64,000 nt of DNA. Origin: Candidatus Enterousia sp. Its GTDB lineage: Bacteria > Pseudomonadota > Alphaproteobacteria > Rs-D84. Below the pieces are notes generated by a model. It did not search any database. It was not told the DNA's origin and saw nothing but the letters and a program-made list of their open reading frames with translations. Position 1 is the stretch's first letter. Each line of letters starts with the position of its first letter. Both the position numbers and the translations under genes were made by a program. Shown here in pieces: positions 1 to 9,920 of this stretch. The stretch covers positions 6,335 through 70,334 of the forward strand of contig JAZQTD010000044.1 of assembly GCA_045630455.1 (NCBI GenBank), written 5' to 3'.

Positions 1-1
1 G

Positions 2-346
2 CAGCACTTAATCGCATTCAAATACGCATGTAAAATCAATCACTGGTCTACCGCTTCGTATTCCGAACACCTGCTATATGATCGCCTGACCGAAGACCTG
101 GATACATTTGCGGACAATATTGCTGAATCGCATTTTATGGCACTAAATAAAAAAGATATATTCAAGCCAGATTTATTAAACGCAAAATTAATCAGCAAAG
201 ATTTAGTAAAAATGTGCAACACTATAATTGAATACCTTGAAAAACTACAAGGCGACAATGATTTGAATGAAGGCGACATGTCATTACTGGGCGACATCGA
301 AGCTGCCTTCTTAGGTAAACTTGCGCTTGCTAAATTAACAAACTAA
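2..346 (+). CDS. 5'-truncated ferritin/Dps-like four-helix protein (DUF5856-like)
   Basis: Frame is open from base 2 to TAA at 344-346: QHLIAFKYACKINHWSTASYSEHLLYDRLTEDLDTFADNIAE... The HW...H..yD.l...lD..aE pattern is typical of Dps-like proteins. The ORF track shows only the part from 137. Confidence 0.55.
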   Translation, partial: QHLIAFKYACKINHWSTASYSEHLLYDRLTEDLDTFADNIAESHFMALNKKDIFKPDLLNAKLISKDLVKMCNTIIEYLEKLQGDNDLNEGDMSLLGDIEAAFLGKLALAKLTN

Positions 347-350
347 AATT

Positions 351-377
351 ATCCCCACTTTTTGTGGGGTATTTTTT
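351..377 (+). terminator. intrinsic terminator
   Basis: CCCCAC/GTGGGG stem followed by ATTTTTTT just after the stop at 346. Confidence 0.7.
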
Positions 378-391
378 TAGATACAAATAAG

Positions 392-412
392 ACACCGGCA
401 AAAAGCCGGTGT
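392..412 (-). terminator. terminator-like hairpin for the outer-membrane protein gene
   Basis: ACACCGGC-AAAAA-GCCGGTGT perfect 8-bp stem downstream of the minus-strand ORF ending at 435. Confidence 0.55.
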
Positions 413-434
413 ACATATGAACAAGTATTTAATT

Positions 435-1046
435 CTAGAACATAAAGCGAATACCAACATCACCACCAAAGTTATGCAGCCCAGAATTAATGTCCACATA
501 ATTATAGCGTGCTGCTAAATCAACCGCGAATCGCTGCATATCAAACGTCACACCCATAGTTGCCATAGCAGCAAATCCGCCCTTACTTTTGCTATAATAT
601 TCGATATCTGCACCACTGCGATCAACATCTGTAAACGCGACACCGGCACCGGCACCGACAAACGGACGAACAATCTGATATGGTCCAAATTCCCAATACG
701 TATTCATTAACAAAGTTTGCATTTTTGCAGTTACTTGAATATCGCCCGCAGCACCAAAGTTTTCAATATCTTTCAATTTGCCAAACATTGTCCATTCAAC
801 TTCGCTACGCAGCGTATCACAAATTTCCAGACCTAATGCAGCACGACCCTGCAACACGGTATCTGTCATAGACTCTTTTACGCCATTATAGCGATAGTTC
901 AAATTTGTATAAGAAGCACCACCGCGCAAGCCGATATATGGATCCATTCCCCACAACTGCCAAGAACTACCTTGGCTTGGATGATTAGCAGCGAATGCAG
1001 GACACGCCAATAACACCGCCAGTGTTGATACAACTATTTTTTTCAT
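435..1046 (-). CDS. outer-membrane beta-barrel protein (OmpA-like/opacity porin type)
   Basis: Signal peptide, alternating beta-strand pattern, PFVGAGAG motif, C-terminal Phe; SD GGAG. Confidence 0.8.
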   Translation of the reverse strand: MKKIVVSTLAVLLACPAFAANHPSQGSSWQLWGMDPYIGLRGGASYTNLNYRYNGVKESMTDTVLQGRAALGLEICDTLRSEVEWTMFGKLKDIENFGAAGDIQVTAKMQTLLMNTYWEFGPYQIVRPFVGAGAGVAFTDVDRSGADIEYYSKSKGGFAAMATMGVTFDMQRFAVDLAARYNYVDINSGLHNFGGDVGIRFMF

Positions 1047-1175
1047 TTTCTCTCCTTTTATATATTTTGTTTTTATGTTTTTTGTTTCATGTCAACACTA
1101 TAATTCTATCAATGGAACATAAAGATTTGCATAGGTATGAATCCCTGGAAAAAAGTCAAAGACAAAACAAGAAAA

Positions 1176-1197
1176 AACGGTCACATCCGTGACCGTT
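1176..1197 (-). terminator. terminator of tRNA-Lys
   Basis: AACGGTCAC-ATCC-GTGACCGTT 9-bp stem, with a T-run on the minus strand, directly 3' of the tRNA. Confidence 0.75.
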
Positions 1198-1202
1198 ATT
1201 TG

Positions 1203-1278
1203 TGGTGGACGCGCAGGGACTCGAACCCTGGACCCACTGATTAAGAGTCAGTTGCTCTACCAACTGAGCTACGCATCC
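1203..1278 (-). tRNA. tRNA-Lys (anticodon CTT)
   Basis: GGATGCG/CGCGTCC acceptor stem, D-loop AGTTGGTA, anticodon loop CTCTTAA, T-loop TTCGAGT, encoded CCA; 76 nt. Confidence 0.97.
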
Positions 1279-1307
1279 AGAACTGATTTTTTTTCAGAAC
1301 GGGGCTA

Positions 1308-1336
1308 ATTATAGACTTTTTTACACAAAATGCAAG
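1308..1336 (-). promoter_or_regulatory. sigma70-type promoter of tRNA-Lys
   Basis: Minus strand CTTGCA-N17-TATAAT followed by GC-rich TAGCCCCG. Confidence 0.7.
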
Positions 1337-1339
1337 TTT

Positions 1340-2551
1340 TTATAATTCAGTGCATCTTACCATCATACACTTTGGACGCAGTTCTATGTTTTTTATATCA
1401 TCAACCGTTTGCGCCCCCGCCAACCACATAACACGACGTAAATCCGTTTTTAGATAATCAAACAACGACACAACTCCCATCCATCCGCCCAAGGACAACG
1501 CGTAAATCACCGGCCTTCCAATTGCAACAACATCTGCCCCCAATGCGATTGCTTTGAATATATGCGTACCATTGCGAATACCACTGTCAAATATAATTGG
1601 CACACGTTTATTCACACGCGCCACAATTTCTGGCAGAACTTCAATAGATGCCGGCGCGCCATCCAATTGTCGCCCACCGTGATTAGAAACCCATATTGCA
1701 TCAGCACCAGCATTAATTGCATCTTCTGCATCATCTGGATGTTGAATTCCTTTTACAATTACAGGCAATTTTGTAAAAGACTTAACATACCGCACTGTAT
1801 CCGATGCAAACCTATTTTGCGCGGCGGCAAAGATAGCCCCAATACCCCGCCCTTTTGTTTCGCCAGACTTTTTTGCAACATTCGGCAGTGCCAACGGAAA
1901 CGTAAATTTATTTTTTGCATCCCTAAATCTGTTACCACCAATTGGCGCATCCACCGTCAGCACTATTGCCCGCATCCCCAGACTTTCTGCCAAGCGCACA
2001 ATTTGCCGATTAAACGCATCATCTTTGCTTAGATATAATTGAAACCATTGTGGTGCGCCACCACCTGCTGCGGCAATATCTTGCAAAGACGAACTGGCAT
2101 AATTACTGATTGACATAATCGTCCCAGATGCCGCTGCACCACGAGCAGTGCCGGCTTCGGCCGAGACATGTGCCAAACCATGCGCAGCCGCCGGCGCAAC
2201 AATCACCGGCAAAGAAATATCTATCCCCAATATAGACGTATTCAAATCAGGATTATCTATGCCACGCAAGACACGTGGAATAATATCAAACTCATCAAAC
2301 GCAACTATATTACGACGCAGTGTATTTTCTGATTCTGCACCACCCGCGATGTAATCAAATCCCCCACGTGGAATAACCGCGGACGCGCGTGTTTCTAATT
2401 CGTTAACATCAACTATATCAATCGCATTAATATTTGTTGGCGCGTTGTATTTTTGATTTTCCAATCGCATACGATGATGCCGATACAGAATATACCCCAG
2501 CGCAGACGAAACCATACAAATAAACAGAATAAATATAAAAATTCTTTTCAT
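1340..2551 (-). CDS. FMN-dependent alpha-hydroxy-acid oxidase (L-lactate oxidase-like) with an N-terminal hydrophobic anchor
   Basis: GGFDYIAGGA, WFQLY, KGIQHPDDA, VSNHGGRQLD and DSGIRNG motifs; extra ~30-aa signal/TM segment. Confidence 0.9.
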   Translation of the reverse strand: MKRIFIFILFICMVSSALGYILYRHHRMRLENQKYNAPTNINAIDIVDVNELETRASAVIPRGGFDYIAGGAESENTLRRNIVAFDEFDIIPRVLRGIDNPDLNTSILGIDISLPVIVAPAAAHGLAHVSAEAGTARGAAASGTIMSISNYASSSLQDIAAAGGGAPQWFQLYLSKDDAFNRQIVRLAESLGMRAIVLTVDAPIGGNRFRDAKNKFTFPLALPNVAKKSGETKGRGIGAIFAAAQNRFASDTVRYVKSFTKLPVIVKGIQHPDDAEDAINAGADAIWVSNHGGRQLDGAPASIEVLPEIVARVNKRVPIIFDSGIRNGTHIFKAIALGADVVAIGRPVIYALSLGGWMGVVSLFDYLKTDLRRVMWLAGAQTVDDIKNIELRPKCMMVRCTEL

Positions 2552-2621
2552 AAAAAATCCCCCCTGTCTAATACGACTGTATCACAACGGGGGTATACAT
2601 TTTTACACGACACTATTCACA

Positions 2622-3926
2622 TTATTTCAAATAAGACGATGGATTATATGCCTTGGTCCCTTTGCGTATTTCAAAGTGTAGTTGCGGACTGTCCACCTTG
2701 CCAGTTGAGCCAACAGTACCAATTTTTTGACCGACACTAACACGCGTGCCACGTTTAACCGCCAACGAATCCATATGCGCGTACACTGTCATCCAACCAG
2801 ATGCGTGCTGAACAATAATCAGATTTCCCATACCTTTAACCTCGTTCCCTGCATATGCAACAACACCATTTTCAGCCGCCTTGACCGCTGTTCCACGTGC
2901 GGCACTAATATTGATACCATCATTAAACAGCCCACTGGATTTTGCACCATAGTTCGACAATATTTTGCCACGAACCGGCCACGAGAACTTAGAAGACGAA
3001 CGCGCAGTTATCGTTGGCAGTTTCTTAGATGGATCCGAAGAAATCTTTTTTGTCTCTGTCTTTACCGGCGCAGTCGTTTTAACTTGTACATCTGTACTTT
3101 TTGCAACCACAGTCTCTTGCATAGGTTTTACATTTGCAGTTTCCAAGTTAGGAACTTTTAACTTTTGCCCAACCGACAACGTAAACGGCGCAGACAACTT
3201 ATTCATAACCGCTAAATCATTTACCGGCACAGAATATTTACGTGAAATAGAATACAGCGTATCCCCCGGTCCAACAGTAACCTCGGTCAATGCTACACGG
3301 GTTGTCGTCTGAACCCCAGTAGCTTTTTTAACCGGCACTGCAATCACATCTGATTTCTTGACCGCCCCCGGCAAATATAATTTTTGCCCGACCGACAAAG
3401 TATAAGGCGCAGACAATTTATTTGCCGCCGCTAATTCATCAACCGCTGTATTATGCTTTTTCGCCAAAGAATACATAGTATCCCCACGCGCAACAACAAT
3501 CTCTGCTATTTCAGGCTGTGCCACATCCGCACTACCACCATACATCGGCACGCGTAAATAATCGTCTGATTCCGATTCGGATTCAGCTGGCGTTTCATAT
3601 TCAGCAACCACAACCATGCTTTCTGATTTTGGCTCTTCTTGTGTCTGGGGTGGAATGATATAGTCATCCACAGATGCATACGTCACATAATCAGATGACG
3701 CCGCTGTTTCCGTACCATATAAATTAGGCGATGCATAAATACCATAGTCCGTTGCCGCAGACGCATAAATTTCTGGGTTTGTATTTGGATCAGCCAACAA
3801 CGCAGGATATCGCGCCGAAATAAAATCTCCAACCGTATCCGGCAACGTAACAATTTTGGGTTGTAAATCGCAGCCCAACAATACAGGCAACGCCAACATA
3901 GACAAAATCAAACTGAATTTTTTCAC
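2622..3926 (-). CDS. LysM (x2) / M23 peptidase-family lipoprotein (NlpD-like)
   Basis: Lipobox LLGC, two LysM repeats (V..GDT.YS....), C-terminal FSWPVRG...LHFEIR M23 domain; GTG start. Confidence 0.9.
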   Translation of the reverse strand: MKKFSLILSMLALPVLLGCDLQPKIVTLPDTVGDFISARYPALLADPNTNPEIYASAATDYGIYASPNLYGTETAASSDYVTYASVDDYIIPPQTQEEPKSESMVVVAEYETPAESESESDDYLRVPMYGGSADVAQPEIAEIVVARGDTMYSLAKKHNTAVDELAAANKLSAPYTLSVGQKLYLPGAVKKSDVIAVPVKKATGVQTTTRVALTEVTVGPGDTLYSISRKYSVPVNDLAVMNKLSAPFTLSVGQKLKVPNLETANVKPMQETVVAKSTDVQVKTTAPVKTETKKISSDPSKKLPTITARSSSKFSWPVRGKILSNYGAKSSGLFNDGINISAARGTAVKAAENGVVAYAGNEVKGMGNLIIVQHASGWMTVYAHMDSLAVKRGTRVSVGQKIGTVGSTGKVDSPQLHFEIRKGTKAYNPSSYLK

Positions 3927-3946
3927 AAATCCATTATATCATAAAT

Positions 3947-4654
3947 TTAGTCACGGCGCATAAATAAAATACTAAATTCAAACAATAAATAAAGTGGCAC
4001 CCCTAACAAAATCTGACTGACCACATCCGGTGGCGTCAAAATCGCTGCAACAATCATGATTATAACAATTGCATATCTGCGCATTTTTATCACACGTGAC
4101 CGCCCCAGCACACCAATACGATTAAGCAAAACCATAACCAACGGCAACTGAAACGCTATACCAAAAACTTTTAATAGGCCAATCACAAATCCCAGATAAT
4201 CACGTGCCGCAGGCATAACCAACGCCGGCACCGGCGACGATAAATTTAAATCTACAAAAAATTTAAACACAACTGGAAACAAGACATAAAACGCAAATGC
4301 GGCGCCAGATAAAAACAATACTGGCGACATAACCAGAAACGGCCAAATAAATTTGCGCTCTTTGTTTTTCAGTCCTGGCGCAACATACGCCCAAATATGC
4401 CACAGCGCAACTGGCAACGATACCAGCAATGCAAACGTAAACGCCAAAGAAAAACTTATCAGCAGTCCATCAGACAGCCCACTGTACAGCACCGCCCCAT
4501 CCGGCCAAACCGCCAATAATGGCGCAGTCAAAAAATCTTGGATATATGGCGCAAAATATAGCCCCACAAAAAATGCCACAACAAACACCAACAGTGTCCA
4601 TAAAATTCGGTGGCGCATTTCTGCAAAATGTTGCATCAGGGTCATTTTTTGCAT
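3947..4654 (-). CDS. tatC: twin-arginine translocase subunit TatC
   Basis: HFAEMRHR, YVAPGL..KER and AILTPPD motifs, multiple TM helices. Confidence 0.95.
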   Translation of the reverse strand: MQKMTLMQHFAEMRHRILWTLLVFVVAFFVGLYFAPYIQDFLTAPLLAVWPDGAVLYSGLSDGLLISFSLAFTFALLVSLPVALWHIWAYVAPGLKNKERKFIWPFLVMSPVLFLSGAAFAFYVLFPVVFKFFVDLNLSSPVPALVMPAARDYLGFVIGLLKVFGIAFQLPLVMVLLNRIGVLGRSRVIKMRRYAIVIIMIVAAILTPPDVVSQILLGVPLYLLFEFSILFMRRD

Positions 4655-4923
4655 TTTTTACGCCCCCCTGATTTTTTAATAGGCTTTGAAAAATCTGCCA
4701 AGATATCATCTGTGGTTGTTTTGATTAAGTCATCAATGGGTGCTTCGCGTTCAATTTGCTCTTTAATTTTTTCGGATGCATCCGTAACTTTCCAAATAAT
4801 TCCACGCACAAATTTAACCACCCGTGCCAAAAATCTGGCAACATCAGGCCACATACGCGCCGGTATCACCAGCACCCCTACCACCAAAACAACTAAAAAT
4901 TCAGCCCAACTTATCCCAAACAT
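4642..4923 (-). CDS. tatB: twin-arginine translocase subunit TatB
   Basis: MFGISWAEFLVV..V..LV.PARMWP pattern; overlaps the tatC start. Confidence 0.85.
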   Translation of the reverse strand: MFGISWAEFLVVLVVGVLVIPARMWPDVARFLARVVKFVRGIIWKVTDASEKIKEQIEREAPIDDLIKTTTDDILADFSKPIKKSGGRKKCKK

Positions 4924-4928
4924 TTTCT

Positions 4929-5543
4929 TTAATCATAGAAATCATCACCACCACTGGTGCTGATTGTTTTATGTCTTTGAATCTGGAAATAATCCCGTCC
5001 AAAATTAGTTTTTGTTTTCAAATCCATAAATGCAACATCTGTCTTAGCCCCTGTTGCATCAACCACCGACCAAGAATTTAACCTAACTGGATTTTTATCA
5101 AACACCACCGTCATATGACCCAAGCCTTCTTGGCCACGCAGATTCATATTTAACGAAAAAGTATTTTTCGAATCGGATGTTTCAACAACACTTATATCCG
5201 CATTGTGCAAATTAATATTCTTGCGCACCAATATCCCCGCCGGTGTACTGGTCAACGGCACAGTTGTAATTTGGTCCAAAGATTTATCAAAGAAATATAA
5301 ATCATCACCATCTGAAATTAACTGTATCGGCATATTATCATAGTCTAATCTCACACGTCCTGGACGCAGCATTGCGAAATCACCACGTTCATTGCGGCCA
5401 TTTGCAGTCTGAACAAATTCCCCAGACAAACCTGTAATAGAATTCAAATATTTTTCAGCCTGACCAACCAATGCCGTATCAACAGCCGCATTTGCCACAC
5501 TACAAACAAACACAAACAATACGCCAAGAATCTTTTTCATCAT
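4929..5543 (-). CDS. lolA: outer-membrane lipoprotein carrier protein LolA
   Basis: Signal peptide, GEFVQT...GDF.MLRPGRVRLDY, LISDG motifs. Confidence 0.9.
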   Translation of the reverse strand: MMKKILGVLFVFVCSVANAAVDTALVGQAEKYLNSITGLSGEFVQTANGRNERGDFAMLRPGRVRLDYDNMPIQLISDGDDLYFFDKSLDQITTVPLTSTPAGILVRKNINLHNADISVVETSDSKNTFSLNMNLRGQEGLGHMTVVFDKNPVRLNSWSVVDATGAKTDVAFMDLKTKTNFGRDYFQIQRHKTISTSGGDDFYD

Positions 5544-6499
5544 TATTTTATTTCCCCCCGAAATAATTCGATAATACGATTACGCACATTTTCCACCGAA
5601 TCGTTTACGATTGCACCCGCTGCACACATATGACCACCACCGCCTAGGGCCTCTGCAATATGATTGATTGGTTTACCTCGACTGCGCAGTGATATCCCCG
5701 TCTGTTCTGCTTTTTGTTCTTTTAAGAATGCGATATATTCTACACCCTTAATCGAACCCAACAAATTCAACACAGTTTCCCCGCGCCCGTCCAGATATTT
5801 ATAATCCTTGTGCGGGATAATGGCGATTGCCAAACGCCCTTTGAACAAAAATTCAGCACGTGATGCCGCGCCCGCCTCGACCACAACCGCCTTGCGCGGT
5901 TTATTACGCAACGATTCGAACAAGTGGCGCAACACAACCCCATTATCAACCAGTTCGCCCATAATCCGCATAACACGACCATCACGCACAAACTTAAAAT
6001 TACCGGTATCTGTAATCAATGCCACCGCCAACAAATCCAGAACATCTTTATTAAATTCCCAATTTGCAGCCTTCATAATATCGAATATAATCTGTCCTGT
6101 GGCGGCCGCCGTTTCATCATCCAGACATAATTCACCCAATTTGTCATCGTTTTGATGATGATCGATTTCAGCAATCAGTTTCGCACTATCTACAATCGGA
6201 CGCGCCCCCCCAATATGATTTGGCGTACCATAGTCTAACAGAATTACTAAATCATACACTTCACTCAAATCAACGCGTTCATAGTATTTAATCCAACTGC
6301 GCAATGGCATTTCATCAAGATATTCTGGAATATTTCCATCATAGATACACGTTGGTCGCACACCATAGTTTAATTCAATCAACTTAGCCAACGCCAACAC
6401 ACTGCAAAACGAATCGCCATCTGGATTTTTATGTCCCATAATTGCGATATTTTTCGCACCCTTAATTTTTTCAATAAAAGTTTTTATATTTTGTTCCAT
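5543..6499 (-). CDS. nrnA: DHH/DHHA1 phosphoesterase (NrnA-like oligoribonuclease/PAP phosphatase)
   Basis: GHKNPDGD, IDHH, DTGNF, SLRS and GGGGH motifs. Confidence 0.85.
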   Translation of the reverse strand: MEQNIKTFIEKIKGAKNIAIMGHKNPDGDSFCSVLALAKLIELNYGVRPTCIYDGNIPEYLDEMPLRSWIKYYERVDLSEVYDLVILLDYGTPNHIGGARPIVDSAKLIAEIDHHQNDDKLGELCLDDETAAATGQIIFDIMKAANWEFNKDVLDLLAVALITDTGNFKFVRDGRVMRIMGELVDNGVVLRHLFESLRNKPRKAVVVEAGAASRAEFLFKGRLAIAIIPHKDYKYLDGRGETVLNLLGSIKGVEYIAFLKEQKAEQTGISLRSRGKPINHIAEALGGGGHMCAAGAIVNDSVENVRNRIIELFRGEIK

Positions 6500-6501
6500 T
6501 T

Positions 6502-8250
6502 TTATACCGCAATATCTTCTAAAACAAATTGTGCAGACACACGTCCGTTATATTCATTTTCTTTTAATTTACCCAGCATCTTTATCTTAGCATTGATATT
6601 ACCATCGTCCAGTAAAAAGTCCCCGACCGGTGTTCCCACTAAATTAAACCCGACAAAGGAAACGTTTGTACCCGCACTGGTTGCGATTGTCCCACGCAAG
6701 TGCGAACCATTTCCCATTGTTGATGCATGTCGCAACATTGCCCCATGCAAAACCAATGTAGGTTCTGGATTACCCTGACCGAACGGTTCCAAGGCATTCA
6801 ATTTATTAACCAATCGCATTGTTGCACCACCTGCATCCATTTCAGCATCAACAATCACTTCACGTTCTGGAATCTGACCGTTTAACTGTTCGCGAACTGC
6901 ACTTTCCAAGAATTTACAGAACGCTTCTTCGTTTTCTGCAGACAATGAAAATCCAGCCGCCGCGGCATGTCCGCCACCTTCGGACACAATCCCCGCCGCC
7001 AGCGCATCATGAATAATTTTTCCTAAATCAACCCCTGGGATTGAACGCCCCGACCCATTAATAACACCATCGGCCTTGGTCGCAACACAGGACGGCAAAT
7101 TATATTTATCTTTTAATCGTCCTGCGATAATCCCCATAACACCACCATGCCAGTTTTCACCACATACAAACAAACTGCAATTTCCACCCGCACAGCATTT
7201 ATCCGCCATTTCAATCGCACGCAACATAATTGCATTTTGAATATCAATGCGTTCCTGATTCATATGATGCAACTTTTCAGCCAACGAATGCGCTATTAAT
7301 GGATTATCTGTTAACAATAATTCCAGCGCAGGCGCAGCCGAATCCAGACGCCCCGCCGCATTCAATCGTGGTCCCAACGCAAAACCCGCTGCATAAACAG
7401 ATGGCTTTTTAATCGTGGCGATATCCATCAATATGCGCAAACCTAAATTCTGACGCAGACCTAAAACCTTTAACCCCGTTGCAACAAACGCACGATTTAA
7501 TCCCACCAAAGGCATCGTGTCACAAATCGTCCCCAGCGCGACCAAATCCATAAAATTCATCAAATTCACAGATTCAATTTTTCCCGAAACTTCCGCCGAC
7601 AAATCGCGCGATTTCAATTCACGGTTAAGTGCCACAACCGTTAAAAACGCAACACCAACCCCCGCCAAATATTCCAGCCCCGATGTATCATCAGCACGTT
7701 TTGGATTAACAACCGCATCTGCATTTGGTATTACTGCGTCCGGCGAATGATGATCTGTCACAACAACACGCAGACCAATCTGTTTCGCAAAATCCACTTC
7801 TTTATTACCACTAATGCCACAGTCAACCGTGACCAATATTTTTGCACCTGTATCTGCAATTTCTTGCACTGCCACAACATTTAGCCCATAGCCTTCGCCC
7901 TCACGCGTGGGCAAATGCCACATAACATCGGCACCAATTTCACGCAGATATTTTACAAACACTGCTGTTGACGTAATTCCATCAACGTCATAGTCGCCAT
8001 ATATCGCAATTTTTTCACCAGCCGCAACCGCATCTGCAATCACACGTGCCGCCACGTCCATATCCGCCAACACAGACGGATTTGGCATATATTCCTTGAT
8101 GCTGGGGTTTAAAAATTTTTCGGAATCAGTTATACCACGACTGGCCAAAATTTTATCAACAAGATTATCCCCACCCGATAAATTATCATCTGAATATGTC
8201 GGCAACACCCATGCCTGTCCCAGCATGGATTTCTCTACTATTCTTTTCAC
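6502..8250 (-). CDS. recJ: single-stranded DNA exonuclease RecJ
   Basis: YGDYDVDG, VDCG, TDHH, GPRLNAAGR, GSGRS and GGHAAAAG motifs. Confidence 0.97.
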   Translation of the reverse strand: MKRIVEKSMLGQAWVLPTYSDDNLSGGDNLVDKILASRGITDSEKFLNPSIKEYMPNPSVLADMDVAARVIADAVAAGEKIAIYGDYDVDGITSTAVFVKYLREIGADVMWHLPTREGEGYGLNVVAVQEIADTGAKILVTVDCGISGNKEVDFAKQIGLRVVVTDHHSPDAVIPNADAVVNPKRADDTSGLEYLAGVGVAFLTVVALNRELKSRDLSAEVSGKIESVNLMNFMDLVALGTICDTMPLVGLNRAFVATGLKVLGLRQNLGLRILMDIATIKKPSVYAAGFALGPRLNAAGRLDSAAPALELLLTDNPLIAHSLAEKLHHMNQERIDIQNAIMLRAIEMADKCCAGGNCSLFVCGENWHGGVMGIIAGRLKDKYNLPSCVATKADGVINGSGRSIPGVDLGKIIHDALAAGIVSEGGGHAAAAGFSLSAENEEAFCKFLESAVREQLNGQIPEREVIVDAEMDAGGATMRLVNKLNALEPFGQGNPEPTLVLHGAMLRHASTMGNGSHLRGTIATSAGTNVSFVGFNLVGTPVGDFLLDDGNINAKIKMLGKLKENEYNGRVSAQFVLEDIAV

Positions 8251-8294
8251 GCGCTTTACTCTTTTTTTATTATCAAGATTATTATAATCTAAAA

Positions 8295-9920
8295 TTATTC
8301 AAATAGCAACGGCAGTATAGAATCCAATATTTTTCCCGTTGTCGGCACCGCGTTCCATGCCGCAGTTTTCCAGCCCCAAGAATCTTTGGTTGCTTGCGGT
8401 TCGTCCAAAATTACCAAAATCGTATATTGTGGTGCATTGGCTGGGAATATACCAACATAGGCAGTCAAATTACGTTTATTATCAACCTTGCCATTGCTGT
8501 ATTTTTCAGCAGTTGCCGTTTTACCACCAATCTCAATCCCTGCAATACGCGCTTTTTTACCACTGGTCTCTTCGTTAACACGCAACATAATTTTACGTAG
8601 TTGTGCAGAAAATTCTTCTTCTAACACACGTTCACCACGCACCACACCCAAGCCGCGTTTTTGTAGTGTCGGATAAATATAAATCCCACCATTTGTCACC
8701 GCATTAACCCCAAGCATTAAATGCATTGGTGTAATCGCAATACCGTGCCCAAAAGATACAGTCGCACGTTCAACCGGCCCCCACTTTTGTGGCATCAGCC
8801 CACGTTCCGTACGCCCAAACTCTAAATCCAGCGCTTCATTAAAATGCAGTTTTTCAAAAAATTCTTTTTGCGCACCCGCCGGCAAATCCAGCGCAATTTG
8901 CGCACTGCCCACATTACACGAATGCATCATAATTTCTTCGATATTCAAGTTCGGACGTGGCGGCTTAAAACTGCGAATGTCGCGAATTCTGTGCACAACG
9001 CGTCCAAATTTATCTTCAATTGGGAATGGTTCTTTGACATAGTATTCTTTATCAATACCATTTTGCAGCGCCAATGCCGTATTAAACGTCTTAAATATAG
9101 ACCCCATTTCAAACACACCACGCATTGGCATAAACATACGATTTCTCGCCGGATCCAGCGATATATTTTCCGGGTCATAGTCTGGCAAAGACACCATAGC
9201 AATAATTTCACCAGTACGAGAATTCATCAACATCCCCATCGCAGATTTCGCGCGATACGTCTGCATTGCGATTGACAATTGGTCATAGAAAACCCCTTGG
9301 ACACGTGCATCCAGCGACAACTGTAGCGGGTCTTTGTTTTCCGTCAGATATTTATTGTAAACACGCTCGGCCCCTTCCAGCCCACGACCATCGCCACCAA
9401 CAAAACCAACTGCATGTGAAAACATACGCCCCTTTGGATATTTTCTGTCTTGAACTGGTTCAACCTCTAACCCGCGCAGACGCGCTTTTTTAATCATATT
9501 GCGCTGATATTCACTGGCGTATTTTTTTAGATATATAAACCGACGCGAAGAATTAACCAATTCAAATGCATCATTTAGCGAATATTCATACGGCATCGCT
9601 TTATGAATCATGTTCGCAACCGCATCTTTGTCTGTCACATCACGATTGCGCAAAACAATATGCCCAGACATAACATTTTTCGCCAAAACGTCACCATTTC
9701 TGTCTACGATATCCGCACGTTGCACCGTCCACGCACCATCAGATACCGCCCGTCTGGTATTGTCTGTTCCGCTTATTCCCAAATACAAAGTCCAACCAAT
9801 AAAAACAATAAATGCCGCGCGCAACCATTTATAAACTATGCGCATACGCCCACGTCCCGCGCCGTCACCACGAACGCCAACAAAACCACGTTTAAAAATA
9901 TCCTGACCTACATTAAACAT
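8295..9920 (-). CDS. ftsI: class B penicillin-binding protein (FtsI/PBP3-like)
   Basis: RADIVDRNG, SIFK (SxxK), SCN (SxN) and KTA motifs; follows an ftsL-like gene. Confidence 0.85.
   Translation of the reverse strand: MFNVGQDIFKRGFVGVRGDGAGRGRMRIVYKWLRAAFIVFIGWTLYLGISGTDNTRRAVSDGAWTVQRADIVDRNGDVLAKNVMSGHIVLRNRDVTDKDAVANMIHKAMPYEYSLNDAFELVNSSRRFIYLKKYASEYQRNMIKKARLRGLEVEPVQDRKYPKGRMFSHAVGFVGGDGRGLEGAERVYNKYLTENKDPLQLSLDARVQGVFYDQLSIAMQTYRAKSAMGMLMNSRTGEIIAMVSLPDYDPENISLDPARNRMFMPMRGVFEMGSIFKTFNTALALQNGIDKEYYVKEPFPIEDKFGRVVHRIRDIRSFKPPRPNLNIEEIMMHSCNVGSAQIALDLPAGAQKEFFEKLHFNEALDLEFGRTERGLMPQKWGPVERATVSFGHGIAITPMHLMLGVNAVTNGGIYIYPTLQKRGLGVVRGERVLEEEFSAQLRKIMLRVNEETSGKKARIAGIEIGGKTATAEKYSNGKVDNKRNLTAYVGIFPANAPQYTILVILDEPQATKDSWGWKTAAWNAVPTTGKILDSILPLLFE

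Noticed and set aside
1203-1340. tRNA-Lys as the integration site of an island carrying the lactate oxidase
   Set aside because: The oxidase lies 5' of the tRNA, and I found no duplicated tRNA-Lys 3' end or integrase.
2622-3000. M23 domain lacks the first zinc-ligand His (NDGINI)
   Set aside because: Normal for NlpD/EnvC-type amidase activators.
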